The notes beneath the pieces were generated by a model. It was not told the origin of the DNA. It saw nothing but the letters and a program-made list of their open reading frames with translations, and made no database searches. From Pseudogymnoascus verrucosus (taxonomy: Eukaryota), in assembly GCA_001662655.1 (NCBI GenBank), contig KV460241.1: 64,000 nt of DNA; one strand, given 5' to 3'. Position 1 is the stretch's first letter. Each line of letters starts with the position of its first letter. Position numbers and translations under genes: made by a program. Of the stretch, positions 1 through 11,179 are shown one piece after another.

Positions 1-165
1 AAATTTTTTGTATAGGACATCTAAAAATGATAATAACTTACTTATTAGGCTAGTGTATAAGTTAAACTTTTTAAATATAATATATAAGTATCTAAATATT
101 CTAAATCTAAAAGCATTAAACTTTAAATAGCTTAGTTAAAAAGTTATTAAACGTTTAAATATAGA
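1..165. repeat. AT-rich, TpA-rich degenerate repeat remnant (RIP-like)
   Basis: Very low GC with abundant TA dinucleotides; composition shifts abruptly at ATCACGTGAC (165-174); directly beside transposon pieces. Confidence 0.6.
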
Positions 166-197
166 TCACGTGACACAAATTCGCTTGTCATTTCAGT

Positions 198-241
198 ATA
201 CCCATTACGCCATTATACCCATTACGCCACGACTTACGTTA
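198..241. mobile_element. Solo terminal inverted repeat of a sibling pogo/Fot1-like element
   Basis: CCCATTACGCCA-TTATA-CCCATTACGCCA-CGACTTACGT|TA mirrors the full element's right end GACATTACGCCA-TTACC-GACATTACGCCA-CGACCTACGT|TA (same 17-bp subrepeat spacing, ACGT terminus, TA flank). Confidence 0.75.
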
Positions 242-781
242 ATATATGCATCCATCCATTCCGACTTCTGTATACGTAGGAGTTGTGCCTCATTTAGGTG
301 CGAGAGAGCAGTTGTAAGGTGTTGCTTTAAGGGCCTAAAAATCGAAATATCAAGTGGTTGTAGCACATGAGATGTATGAGGAGGTATTATAAGGAGCGAT
401 ATTCGATTTTGAATGCAGTGTGATATAAATCTTCCACTTATATGGCTATCATGGCCATCGCAAATTAGGAGCCGTTGCTGTAGTCGTCCATTTTGTATTG
501 CTTTTGCTCTTGTAGAGGGCTCAAAAACGCGTTTTAGCCACTCTAATCCATGAAGATTGCTTGTCCACCCTTTTGTGTTTGCAGAGAAGTGCCATTTTTG
601 TATAACTTCCTTTGGAATCCAGCTTTGTAGTATATTCTGTCCTTTGAAGATAATAAGGGGTTCAATAGCTGTTCCATCCATACAGATGCATTCAACAGCA
701 GACACCCATTCCTGCCGGCTAGGATGAGCTTGAAATCGCGTACGGAGCGTAGAGTCGACTATAATTCGTGTAGATTGCATA
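240..781 (-). pseudogene. Internal DDE-domain fragment of a diverged copy of the same transposase family
   Basis: Translates to MQSTRIIVDS...WMDAYI, closely similar to ~1475-2016 of the full element; both ends are TA sites abutting TIRs. Confidence 0.85.
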
Positions 782-2721
782 ACGTAGGTCGTGGCGTAAT
801 GTCGGTAATGGCGTAATGTCGGTAGTGGGGTTAGGACCACCCTATCAAAAGCTTTAAAAAATCGCAATAATTTAATTACTACAGCCCTAATTCATCTATA
901 TCATCATCTTCGCTCTCTTCTTCACTCTCTTCATCCATTTCCTCAATTACAGCTTCGTTTATAGGTTGTGGCGTTGTTCTAGGCCTCTGTGAAGCTGTTG
1001 CTGTTGCTGCTTCTGCTTCTACAACTTGTGACCGGAGTTCTTCTGTTGAAATGTGGAATTGACCCTTTAAAACAGCTCGTTTACCCTTATTCTGTGCCCT
1101 ACGCTTCTGAATAATTGAGCGTAGGTTATCACACTCTCTTTTTTGAAGGGTGTTGCGTGTATTAAGGCGTTCTGACTCATCTGCTAACTTATTGATATAT
1201 CGCTTTGTAGGAGTATTAAGAACTCCACGACTTATTGTAGAAGAGAGCACTGTATTTGCTTTGTGAAGTGTTTGAAAATCAGGTGGACTGCTGTTTAAGA
1301 ATACCTTCTCAAAAATATCATGCTCTGTAGGAGTATGTGGCCGTTCTAATACTACTACGTCTGTAGTAGGAAGTGTAGCTGCTCGAATGACTGTTTGTGG
1401 TTGAAATGGCTGTAGCCCACTACCTCTCCAAGCAGAATTGATATTTGAAGTTGAAAAAGCAGCTGCTCTTGCTTTTATATATGCTTCTAGCCACTCTGCT
1501 TTTTGTATTCGTAGGAGTTGCGCCTCATTAAGGTGTGATAGTGTAGTTGTAAGGTGTTTTTTCAAAGGTCCAAAAATCGCAACATCAAGTGGCTGTAAAA
1601 CATGAGATGTATATGGAGGTAGTATAAGGAGTGATATTCGATTTTGAATGCAGTGTGATATAAAGCTTCCGCTTATATGGCTGTCATGGCCGTCGCAAAT
1701 AAGGAGCCGTTGCTGTAGTTTTCCATTTTGTGTTGCTTTTGCTCTTGTAGAGGGCTCAAAAACGCGTTTTAACCACTCTAATCCGTGTAGATTGCTTGTC
1801 CACCCTTTTGTGTTTGCAGAGAAGTGCCATTTTTGTATAACCTCCTTCGGAATCCAGCTTTGTAGGATGTTCTGTCCTTTAAAGATAATAAGGGGTTCGA
1901 TAGCTGTTCCATCCATGCAGATGCATTCAACAGCAGACACCCATTCCTGTCGGCCAGGATGAGCTTGGAATCGCGTACGGAGCGTAGAGTCGACTATAAT
2001 TCGTGTAGATTGCATAGTTCCAATTGAAAATCCAGTCTCATCCATGTTATAGGTGTTGTAGTTTTCGATTTTTAGCTCTGTTATAAGGCTTTTGTATGCG
2101 TCAAACCACCCCTTCAACACCTCTTTTGTCACCCCATTCATCCTTTGCGCCTCAACTCTACGTCCTAACTTAACACGTAAGTTAGGATGCCTTTGAATGA
2201 ACCGTGGCACCCAGTCTTGCCCAAGAGGTAAGTTAGGAATGTGTTCTTGTAGAGTTTGTAGTTGTTGAGTTTGTTGTAGCTGTTAAGGCTGAAAAACGCG
2301 ACACTTATTTAACCGGACTTCATCTGCAACCTCCCGTAATATCCGATGGCTAGGAGCGTAGCCACTTGTAGTAAGCTCCTTAATCCACTTTAACAGGCTC
2401 TGCTCTTGGTTTTTAGATAGGAGTTGCTGTTGCTGTCGCGCTTCTGTCCGTGTAAGGCTACTACCTTTAACGCGTCGTTGTATAGTCCTCTCACAGACCC
2501 CTAACACCTTTGCAGCCTCATATGATGACTTATATTTTTTGTTTCGGACTCCTAGGACTGCTTTAGCTATTTCATTATCGTGTTCTTGAGCATTCTGGCT
2601 CTTCTGTCGTACCATAACTTAAGAAAAATAATATAGTAGTAGTAATTAAGGCTGTTGATGGGGTGGTCCTAACCCCACTACCGACATTACGCCATTACCG
2701 ACATTACGCCACGACCTACGT
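782..2721 (-). mobile_element. Full-length pogo/Fot1-like DNA transposon (Tc1-mariner superfamily), 1,940 bp
   Basis: Perfect 61-bp TIRs at 782-842 and 2661-2721, beginning ACGTAGGTCGTGGCG and containing subterminal direct repeats; TA at 780-781 and 2722-2723; DDE transposase inside. Confidence 0.95.
879..2615 (-). pseudogene. DDE_1 transposase with N-terminal HTH/CENP-B-like DNA-binding region; one premature stop
   Basis: ORFs 2283..2615 and 879..2210 are in the same frame, separated only by TAA at 2283-2285 (..VFQP*QLQQTQQLQTLQEHIPNLPLGQDWVPRFIQRH). Motifs YNMDETGF, LLICDGHDSH, QPLDVAIFGPLK. Confidence 0.9.
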
Positions 2722-3068
2722 TACATCTATCTATTCGTAATTACCCTGATTATCTTAATAAAGTCTTTACAGTAAGAATAATTACGTAGTTTGAATCACG
2801 TGACTGGTTACGTCTATCCACTTTTCATCGGTGGTTGGCAACCACCGAGTACCGGTAGTTACTACCAGACTACCATGGCAGATAGATGATCGACAGTCGG
2901 CAGTAGCGGCCGTGGCGGGCAGTTTGTTTGACCGTTGGGGGTTTATTGCTCCGAGAAACATTGGATGATCCTATTCTATAACAAACATGAAGTACTATAT
3001 ATGTTTTCGTAGAAGTAACGACAACAGTTTGATGATAAGTCGAACTTTACCCATAATAACGAATAACG

Positions 3069-4022
3069 ATGGCAGAAATTGGCCATGCAAGCACCGTAGT
3101 TAACGAGAGCGTTGTAGATGGCAAAGATGAGAGCTCTAGCACGAAATTGCCCATTTTGGAATTCTTGTCGACAGGAACCGTGAGGATACGGCCAATGATG
3201 CGTTCACAGCCGGCGAGCAGCTACCCTATCATCCGCCGTCTGCGATCTGTCTGTGACCGCCAATGGACTCACCCTCTCCCAGTCGGGGTCTTTCTCATTC
3301 GCCACCGAGAGGGCCTCTTTCTCTTCGACACCGGCCAATCTCCATGTTGCAATGATGCAGGTTACTTTCCACGCGCAGCGCTGTTCAACAAGGTGCTAAG
3401 CAACTTCACCATTGAGCCGAGCGATGGCATCGTCCAGCTACTCAGCCGGCAGGGCGTCAAGCCAACAGACTTAAAGGCGGTGATACTAAGTCATCTCCAC
3501 AATGACCACGCCGGCGGCCTAGAGGACCTAATCGCCGCTTCACCAGATCTGCCAGTATACGTCAGTCGCGAGCATTGGAAGGCTTTTGGCGAGCACCCTT
3601 TTTTTGCGGGTATGGAGGGAGCCACGCCGAATCACTGGCCCAAGAACTTTTCGCCCAAGATCATCGACTATGAAGATCGACCTGTTGGGCCTTGGAAGAA
3701 ATCCTATCCGCTGACATCTGATGGCAAGATTGTCGCTGTGGATACCTCGGGCCATGTAGCGGGGCATCTTGCCCTCCTGGTCTTTGGGGAAAACGGGACC
3801 GGAGAAGCGACGACATACGTCCTCCCTGGAGATGCGACATACGGCATTGATGTTCTGGATAAAGAAGAGCCGGATGGAATCAACGATGATCCCGCCCGTG
3901 CTCTACAGAGCTTGAGGCTAATTAAGGAGTTTGCAAGACAGACCGACGTCGTTGTATTGCCGAGCCATGACACCAACACGCCACGCTTCCTCGCCGAAGG
4001 GGTCGTGTATCGGCCGAAATGA
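3069..4022 (+). CDS. Metallo-beta-lactamase-fold hydrolase, N-acyl-homoserine-lactonase/gamma-lactamase-like, intronless
   Basis: 317-aa ORF with FLFDTG, SHLHNDHAGG (HxHxDH), SGHVAGH, GDA and PSHD metal-ligand motifs. Confidence 0.85.
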   Translation: MAEIGHASTVVNESVVDGKDESSSTKLPILEFLSTGTVRIRPMMRSQPASSYPIIRRLRSVCDRQWTHPLPVGVFLIRHREGLFLFDTGQSPCCNDAGYFPRAALFNKVLSNFTIEPSDGIVQLLSRQGVKPTDLKAVILSHLHNDHAGGLEDLIAASPDLPVYVSREHWKAFGEHPFFAGMEGATPNHWPKNFSPKIIDYEDRPVGPWKKSYPLTSDGKIVAVDTSGHVAGHLALLVFGENGTGEATTYVLPGDATYGIDVLDKEEPDGINDDPARALQSLRLIKEFARQTDVVVLPSHDTNTPRFLAEGVVYRPK

Positions 4023-4300
4023 TGGTTTTTAAGCAAGACCGTTGTATTTTTATTAGACCTTGGAAATGAATTATATAGATCCGCTTTGGATATATGTATA
4101 GAGGTTAATATATAGCCAATGACACTTCAGTTGATCTCATCCCCATATTCATTATTAAGACCTAGCTGCACTAACTAGCTAATCCCCCGCCTCTCCTCCA
4201 TGAACTAAATTAAGGTTTCCCGCAAAATCGCCCCAGAATAAAACAAATGGTATCACGTCGCCGCATCTAAAAACTAGCAAAAGGATATCATACCGCTTAT

Positions 4301-6362
4301 CTAAAGTCTATTGCGCCTCCTCTCCTTCTGTAATGCCCAGCCCTTGACTGCAACGTTGAGAATGATCCATGCCATGAGGAAGCTCACGAGACCCATTGTC
4401 ACAGTGAATACAAACATGGCATCCAGGTTATTATACTCCATCGATACAACCGTATCACGGCTCTGTAATAAATGTTAGCTGTCTCCCAATACAACAATAT
4501 AAAGCAGGCTGTAACACTTACACTAGCCATAAACACAAGACCTCCAGCCATGAGACAGAAAGCTGTGATGAGCTCCGAGGGTGGTCGCGAGGGCAAAAAT
4601 GACGTTGGTGGTGACAAGTAGAAAATAATATACGTCAACCCTCTGGCAAAGGAAGCGCCCATCAAAAGGGTTCCCCACTGTTTGTGGATCATAGTCGAGA
4701 CCATCGAGCTTTGGTGGTGAGAGCTCATCATAATCCCCAAGAGAAGCACCATCAATGCCGGAATGGGGTTCATCGAGATCTTGTAGCTTTGGGGGGGCTG
4801 CCAGCTTGGTTCCTCGTCTTCGCCTTCTGTAGATGGACTGTCAACTGGCCTATTAGGGGAAATTTTCGGGGTGTTGATATTCAACAGGTTTCGGATTCCA
4901 GTCGATTCGATTAACATTCCGCACTTAATCCGTCAGTATCTAAAGGATATTATGCCATTATTAATTCACTCACCAGTCCTCCCCCAATGAACATTATTGT
5001 GATGGAGATGTGTTCCATGTCCTGGGCGCTCCATGCTTCGCCCCACGCATTCAGGTGCTCTAGGAATATATTCGTAGACCCATAGAAGAATATAAGGAAG
5101 CTTTCCACAAATTCTGCAGAGATGGTGCTCGCGTTTTCCGACTTGCCAAAAGTTCTAGGTTTTATATTCCAAGCCTTTCGCTGTTAGCAAGAAAGTACGT
5201 GTTGGAGAGAAAATACGCACCCAACCACGGTCTGCAAAGCTTCCGGCCCAGCGGCCTAACGTGAATATTCCGTACCAGAAGAACACTCCTCCCTTGATGA
5301 AATGGGCAAGCCCAGAAAACACATCCCTTCCTCGCTAAAGCCAGTTAGATTTACAACTTATTCGGTGGGCTACGGGTACATACAAAAATTCCAGCATATG
5401 TCACAGCTCCAGTGGTTATAGCCACAAACCCTTGTATCAATATCGTGCGTGTGATGATAGACTCGAGTGTACAGAGTAAACCAGTTACGCGCGAAGAGAT
5501 ATATAAAGGAACTTTGCCTGCAAGAACAGCACGCAATCTCTTCATGAGCGCATGTCGGCTCCGTTTTGAACTCGGAGCTAGTATATCACCCTCACCCTCG
5601 TAATACTTCCGGTTTATACCGTTCATGACATCTCGGTCATCTTCCAATGAGGAAGACGAGTTGCCTCTGAGAGATTCGTCGTTCTGTTCCGTTCCATGCC
5701 CGCTATCGTCCGAGAATCGATATCCCGGGGCATTCTCTGCGCCGTTTGCCCATTGATGTCCTCCCACAGACTGCTCCGAGCTTTGCATAAAGGGTAGTTG
5801 CTCCTCGGAGCTTCTGATCTCTCCTCCCAGCCTGGCAGATGCTGTTATCAGTGCCAAGCATATCTGCGCAACGGTGACCCAGGTGAGCAGCCATCCGATC
5901 GTGTGGTGCGCGTTGTGGGGGTATAAATCCGGCGTTCTGCTGTTGTAGAGCATCGCAAGTATAACTCCTCCCATATTTATTATAAAAAAGCCAGATTGGG
6001 CTAAGAGGTTCAGTCTCGAGCGGGAAATGGAGAGCATTACAGCTAGTTCACGTCAGATATGTTCATTCCTAGGGCTATCGGAGGTTCATACCAATTGGAA
6101 GCACAAAGACCCAAGCAATTGTCATCAGAGCAATGTGAGCGAGGATCAAATGTGAGTATTCTGGGTGTCGGAAGTAACTGGGAGGCACTTCCAGCGTCCC
6201 ATTGGATGGAGTGCCCAACGGCGCACCAGCGCCAGCGGTCGTCATGCCCATATCCATATCAGCAGTCATGTGGGTTTCATCCCCGTGTGCAGAGACCGTG
6301 AGAGCAAAGAACAGCACCAACAGAGCCGGGGCTGCCTTGGTAAATTCTGGACAGGTCCTCAT
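4301..6362 (-). CDS. Integral membrane protein, DUF2427/Ytp1 family (multi-exon)
   Basis: Signal peptide then HGDETH; HIALMTIAWVFVLPIG; PDLYPHNAHH; SMNPIPALMVLLLGIMMSSHHQSSMVSTMIHKQWG; PSRPPSELITAFCL; ends KGWALQKERRRNRL* at 4301. Confidence 0.8.
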
Positions 6363-6977
6363 GTGTGGCTGTTTGGCAGTGTGTATTGTTAGGTGAATAG
6401 GAATGGTCCTCCTCTCAAAGGCCTTTGGGGAATGGCTGTAGCTTGTCTGGTAAGTAGGCAAGGATCATATGTCAATTTGTCAATATGTTATAGGTGGTGT
6501 GAGAGGATGAGAGGACAATAAGATGATGTTGGATTCCAGTAGGGTATTATTGTGAGAGGGAAGTGAGTGAGTGAGAGGAGTGAGTTGGGATAATGAAGGA
6601 GGATAGAGGGATGTTAAAAAGAGTCATGGGAAATCGGAAGTTTCGGCGAAGATGGCATGAAGGTCAACAAAGTCAGTGGCGGGCGGGGGGGCTTGCTAGT
6701 GGAGCCAAGGGATGATGGGACGGAGGAAGGAACGGATGAGGAGACTCCAGGTGCATGGCAGTAAGGAAGTCAATTAATAAGGCAGCAGGGCGGTAAGGGG
6801 ACGCTTCCCTTGTCGACGGATGTCCGATGGTGCATTAGTGATGCTTGGGGATATGTATATCGTACAGCGGCAGTACAAGACAGAGCAGAAGAGTCACATT
6901 ACCGATGGAATGCAACAGTACGGTCTCATACAGAATGGAGTGATGAGGTACATGGAGATAGCTGTAGAGTTGTACTG

Positions 6978-7250
6978 TGTAGTTGTATAGTTGTGTAATT
7001 GTGTAGTTGTGTAGTTGTGTAGTTGTGTAGTTGTACAGTTGTAGGTTTTTGGTTTGTACTGTAGAGCTGTACAGGCGTGTACGTATATGTGTGTAAGTGT
7101 GAGTGTGTGAGTGTGTGTGTGTGAGAGAGAGAGAGAGTGTGTGTTTGTGTATGAGTTTGTCAACAAAGGTAGCAAAGGTTTTAGATTTACATATGATAAT
7201 CAGAAATGGTGTGAAGTAGTGTGAAATAGTGTGAAATAGTGTGAAATAGT
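6978..7250. repeat. Microsatellite cluster: (GTAGTTGT)n, (GT)n/(GA)n, (GTGTGAAATA)n
   Basis: Directly visible tandem repeats. Confidence 0.85.
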
Positions 7251-8854
7251 CTAAGCAGCGACGTTCAATTTGATGATGATAAAGGGTCCACTTGTCAAAT
7301 AAGGTAGGCGACTTACCAGCCCTGGCCTAGTGTGATGACGGTGATGACGGCCTTTCCGGGGATCCGAGATCCCTGTGAAGGCGGTGAGTGGGGTTTATAC
7401 TGGGGAGGGTGTAGGGCCTGACGGGCTTACAGGCATATCCATCCTTTTCTCATCCTTTCTATCCTCTTCAGACAACGGGAAGCACGGGAAGTCAAGGGAT
7501 GTCAAGCGATGATAGCTCGCTTGGCTTGGGGATACATCATTTCAACAAACAGAGGCTACAGGGTTACAGGCTTACAGGCTTACAAGCTTACAGGCCCATC
7601 TGTGAATCATCCGGGGAAAGAACCATGGGCAACCATGGCCGTGTGATGGCGCGTGGATGTTGCGCGTGCTCTTGCGCATCCAGTTGCGTGCACACACACT
7701 CGTACGCTCTGGACCATACCTGCAGACTCCTGGACACTCCTGTACACACACCTCTGACGCCTCAACTGCCGTTTCCAGGGTTATAGCGGCCGGTACTGGA
7801 GCACCACGTCTGGCTGGGATTTGGCTGACCAACAGCCCAGCTTACAGTAGCCCAGCTTAGCCCAGCTTAGCCCAGCCTTATCGAGGGAAGCTCTGCAGCC
7901 ACCAGATGAACGAAGCCACGCCGGGAATATGCACATATCTCCGTTTCATCCGACAGCTCACCAGCATCGGCTTGTATAATATTGTGCAGGTATTGTACTG
8001 TACGTACGGATACTGTACAAGTACTTTATGAATCTCCTCCGTACAGTAGAGGGTTTGACAGTCCTGCCCGAGCAGTTGCAATTTGACAGTTCAAGTAATA
8101 TCGATCCAAAAATCTGCTTATGTAATCCGGCTTCTCTCTCCGTCGTCGGGTTTGTACGCTCGGGGTCGGCATTATATCCCGACGTCAAGCTCATTGCTCA
8201 TTCAACAGCCCTCTTGCTTGCTATACCCAAGCAAAATGTATCGGGTTAAATATATTGTTCTAGTGGTTGATTGCTGATTATCAGCTGGTCTCTTGTATCC
8301 TGGTGTTGCTGTTGTGTATTGTATACATATTAAGTTTATGGTGTTATGATGTCTATGGCCTCGAATTAAATATTGTATTATTTATTATAGATAATCAAAA
8401 AATAATTAATAATTCAACACTCCAAAACAACCATTGTGTTCATCAATCATACCTACAAGTTAGACCCCACGCATACATACGCCTCCCTGCAAAGAATAAA
8501 AACAGAAGGGAAATCTCTGTACTGTTGAGAGAGCATCCCAACACTTAATGCTACTGTAAGATAAATTCCCGGAGAGACGTGCGGCACTGGCACGGCTACC
8601 ACTACGGCACTTTTCACCAAGACAAACACAAACACAAACACAAACACAGGCACAATCAGACACGACCTTCCCCCCACGTAGCAAACGTAAAGCACATTCC
8701 CTGTATTACCATCTACAATACATATGGTTTTGAGCCCGCCAGTGCTAAACCATGCGCAACTTCTATTACTATACATCTCTCCATAATCCAAGTTGGATAC
8801 CGGAGCCCAACTAACCTCGCCACTACCGACTACAACAGCATCGCTACGCTAAAT

Positions 8855-10269
8855 CTACAACAGCATGCGACGGGGATCCTCGATGAACTCCTTGACCTTG
8901 ACGAGGAACTGGACTGCCTCCCTGCCGTCTAGCAGACGGTGGTCGTAGGTCAACGCCAAGTACATCATCGGTCTGATCTCAACCTTTCCGTTGATAGCAA
9001 CTGGCTTCTCTTTGATGGCGTGAAGACCCAAGACAGCAGTCTGGGGAAGGTTGATGATGGGGGTACCCATCAACGAACCGAAGACACCACCATTGCTGAT
9101 GGTGAATGTTCCTCCGGCCATATCCTCAATCGTGAGCTTGCCGTCGCGGGCCTAGCAATGCATTAGTCAGAGTCGGGAACTATTAGTCATACTACGCACC
9201 TTCTTGCCGAGATCCGCAATGGCCTGCTCAATGCCAACCAAGTCCAGGCCCTCAGTGTTGCGGACAACTGGGGTAACAAGCCCCTTCTCCGTTGCAACAG
9301 CGACGGAGATATCCACGTAGTCCCTGTAGACAATAGTATCACCACCGTTTGGTCCCTCAATGGAAGCGTTGACGGCCGGGATATCCCTCATAGCAAGGAT
9401 ACAGGCACGCGAGAACGCGCTCATGAAGCCCAGCTTGACACCGGTCTTCTTCAGGATGTCATCCTTGTAGAGCTTGCGGAACTCCATGAGCGAAGACATG
9501 TCAACCTCGTTGAATGTTGTCAGCGAAGCCGCAGTGTTTTGCGACTGCTTCAGGCGCTCAGCTATCCTCAGACGCATGCGGTTCATCTTGACCTGAGAGA
9601 AGTCAGTATCAGTAACCCAACTAGTATAGACCCAAGCTACTCACGCGACGCTCCTCACGGTTACCCGGTGCGGAAGTAGTTTTCGACTCATTGGCCTTGG
9701 ATTCGGACTGTTTCGGTGGAGGGGATGCCTTCTTTGGCTGCTCTTGTGCTGGTGCAGGAGCGCTCTCCTTTCTGGGTGGGCTTGGCTCATTCTTTGCTGC
9801 TGGTTTCGATTCCGAAGGCGTCGACTTCTCCTCCTTGGTCTCGGCAGGTTTCGACTCCTCCTTTGCCGGTGCTTCTCCTCCAAGCTCCAAACGGATGAGG
9901 TCTTGACCAACGGTCACGGTGTCCTCCTCCTGGGCAAGGAACTCCTTAATAGTACCGGCCTGGGGTGCGTTCACAGCGACATCAATCTGTCAGAAAGTAA
10001 GCTTTGGCGTGACGTATACTAGAGCTGTAAATAGTGACCTTGTCAGTCTCGATTGTTGCAATCTCCTCATCCAGCTCCACGTAGTCTCCGATCTGTTTCG
10101 AGAACTGCTTTAATGTGCCCTCCGAAATGGACTCTGCCATCTGTGGAACCTTGACGATGGTGTCGGCGTAGGATCTGAACTGCTGGACAATTGGAAATCC
10201 ATAGCGCATCTGTGGTGCCCGGTGTGCTCGCAGCACCTTCGAGGCGAGCAAGATCCGACGGGATAACAT
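8855..10269 (-). CDS. KGD2: Dihydrolipoamide succinyltransferase (E2 of 2-oxoglutarate dehydrogenase), mitochondrial
   Basis: Presequence [11 protein letters not shown]; lipoyl domain [11 protein letters not shown]...[50 protein letters not shown]. Confidence 0.97.
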
Positions 10270-10655
10270 GTTGAGCGATTGTTGAAAATGGAATAAAAGG
10301 GCAATGAGGAACGACAAATTGGTCGGAGTAAGTTGTAGGAACTACAATTTTAAAAGCCTCAGTAAATCGGTTACTCCGTACCCAATCCCAGTTGTCTCGA
10401 ATAACAAAGTATCGTCGGGTGATACTATGTCCGGACCGAAGTGCTGCCTGAGGCATGAATTATTGGATTGGTCGAGGTTGTGAAGCGCAACTTCGGATGG
10501 CACTTCGCACCGCTACCTTGCGTCCATACGAAAGCCATTGCACCTCCATTGAACAATTCGGGCATTGACAACTTGCTCTACGTTGTTAGTACCATACGAC
10601 CACCCTGAAAGTGTAGCCTGTTGAGGAAGAGCGACATCAAGGGAGAGCTCCAGCC

Positions 10656-11179
10656 ATGTCGAACACTCGAGTCGTGTCGTAAGAGTTCCCCCCCATCTAA
10701 TAGATGACATTGCCGGCTGACACAAACAAAGGTCGTTATACCGACGCTCCCTGAAGCTTGCTTTGGACTGGTCCGTCCACAGATACCTCTGGAGAGGCCA
10801 AGCGCTCTATCTCCGATCATTGTTCGAGGCCAATAAAAACGTCAAGGACCCACGGCAACAGAGGGTAAGCATCTGCTCAGTGCAACGAACGAGCGAGTAC
10901 TTACTAGACTCGTAGGCCCTTTTCAGGGAAACAGAAGACTTGCTTGAGAAATGGAAACACCCAGATCCATACCGTGTGCCGACAAGCCCAGGAGGTATGT
11001 CAAGGCCTCAGTTATCGACATCGGATAGGCATATACTGATTGAAATTGTGCTACAGGTTCCAAATACGAGCGCAACCTTCCACCATCTACCCTTGAGCGT
11101 AAGTGTCAATTGCTATGTTGGTCATTTATGGGGACACAAACTAATTGCGCGCGTAGCCCCTACCAACACGAACTATTAG
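10656..11179 (+). CDS. NDUFB9: NADH:ubiquinone oxidoreductase B22 subunit (LYR family), multi-exon
   Basis: Spliced reading MSNTRVVSSLYRRSLKLALDWSVHRYLWRGQALYLRSLFEANKNVKDPRQQR...LLEKWKHPDPYRVPTSPGGSKYERNLP; first intron 10679-10731. Confidence 0.88.

Noticed and set aside
205..867. 220-aa ORF as an independent transposase gene
   Set aside because: It is a chimera: it reads out of the left TIR of the full element, through the old fragment and into a second TIR.
1..4200. Starship or other giant-element boundary
   Set aside because: No tyrosine-recombinase captain gene or identifiable element terminus lies inside the window; it cannot be assessed without the upstream sequence.
7332..7421. GTGATGA...CTGA as a possible box C/D snoRNA
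   Set aside because: No terminal stem or recognisable rRNA guide; the GTGATGA copies are part of a local 9-bp duplication.
6894..8791. Numerous 60-120-aa ORFs between the Ytp1-like gene and KGD2
   Set aside because: Low-complexity translations of microsatellites (THTH, HKHK, VFVF).
8830..8866. 12-bp duplication of the last KGD2 codons (ATG CTG TTG TAG) 25 nt downstream
   Set aside because: Out of frame with the CDS; most likely a trivial local duplication.
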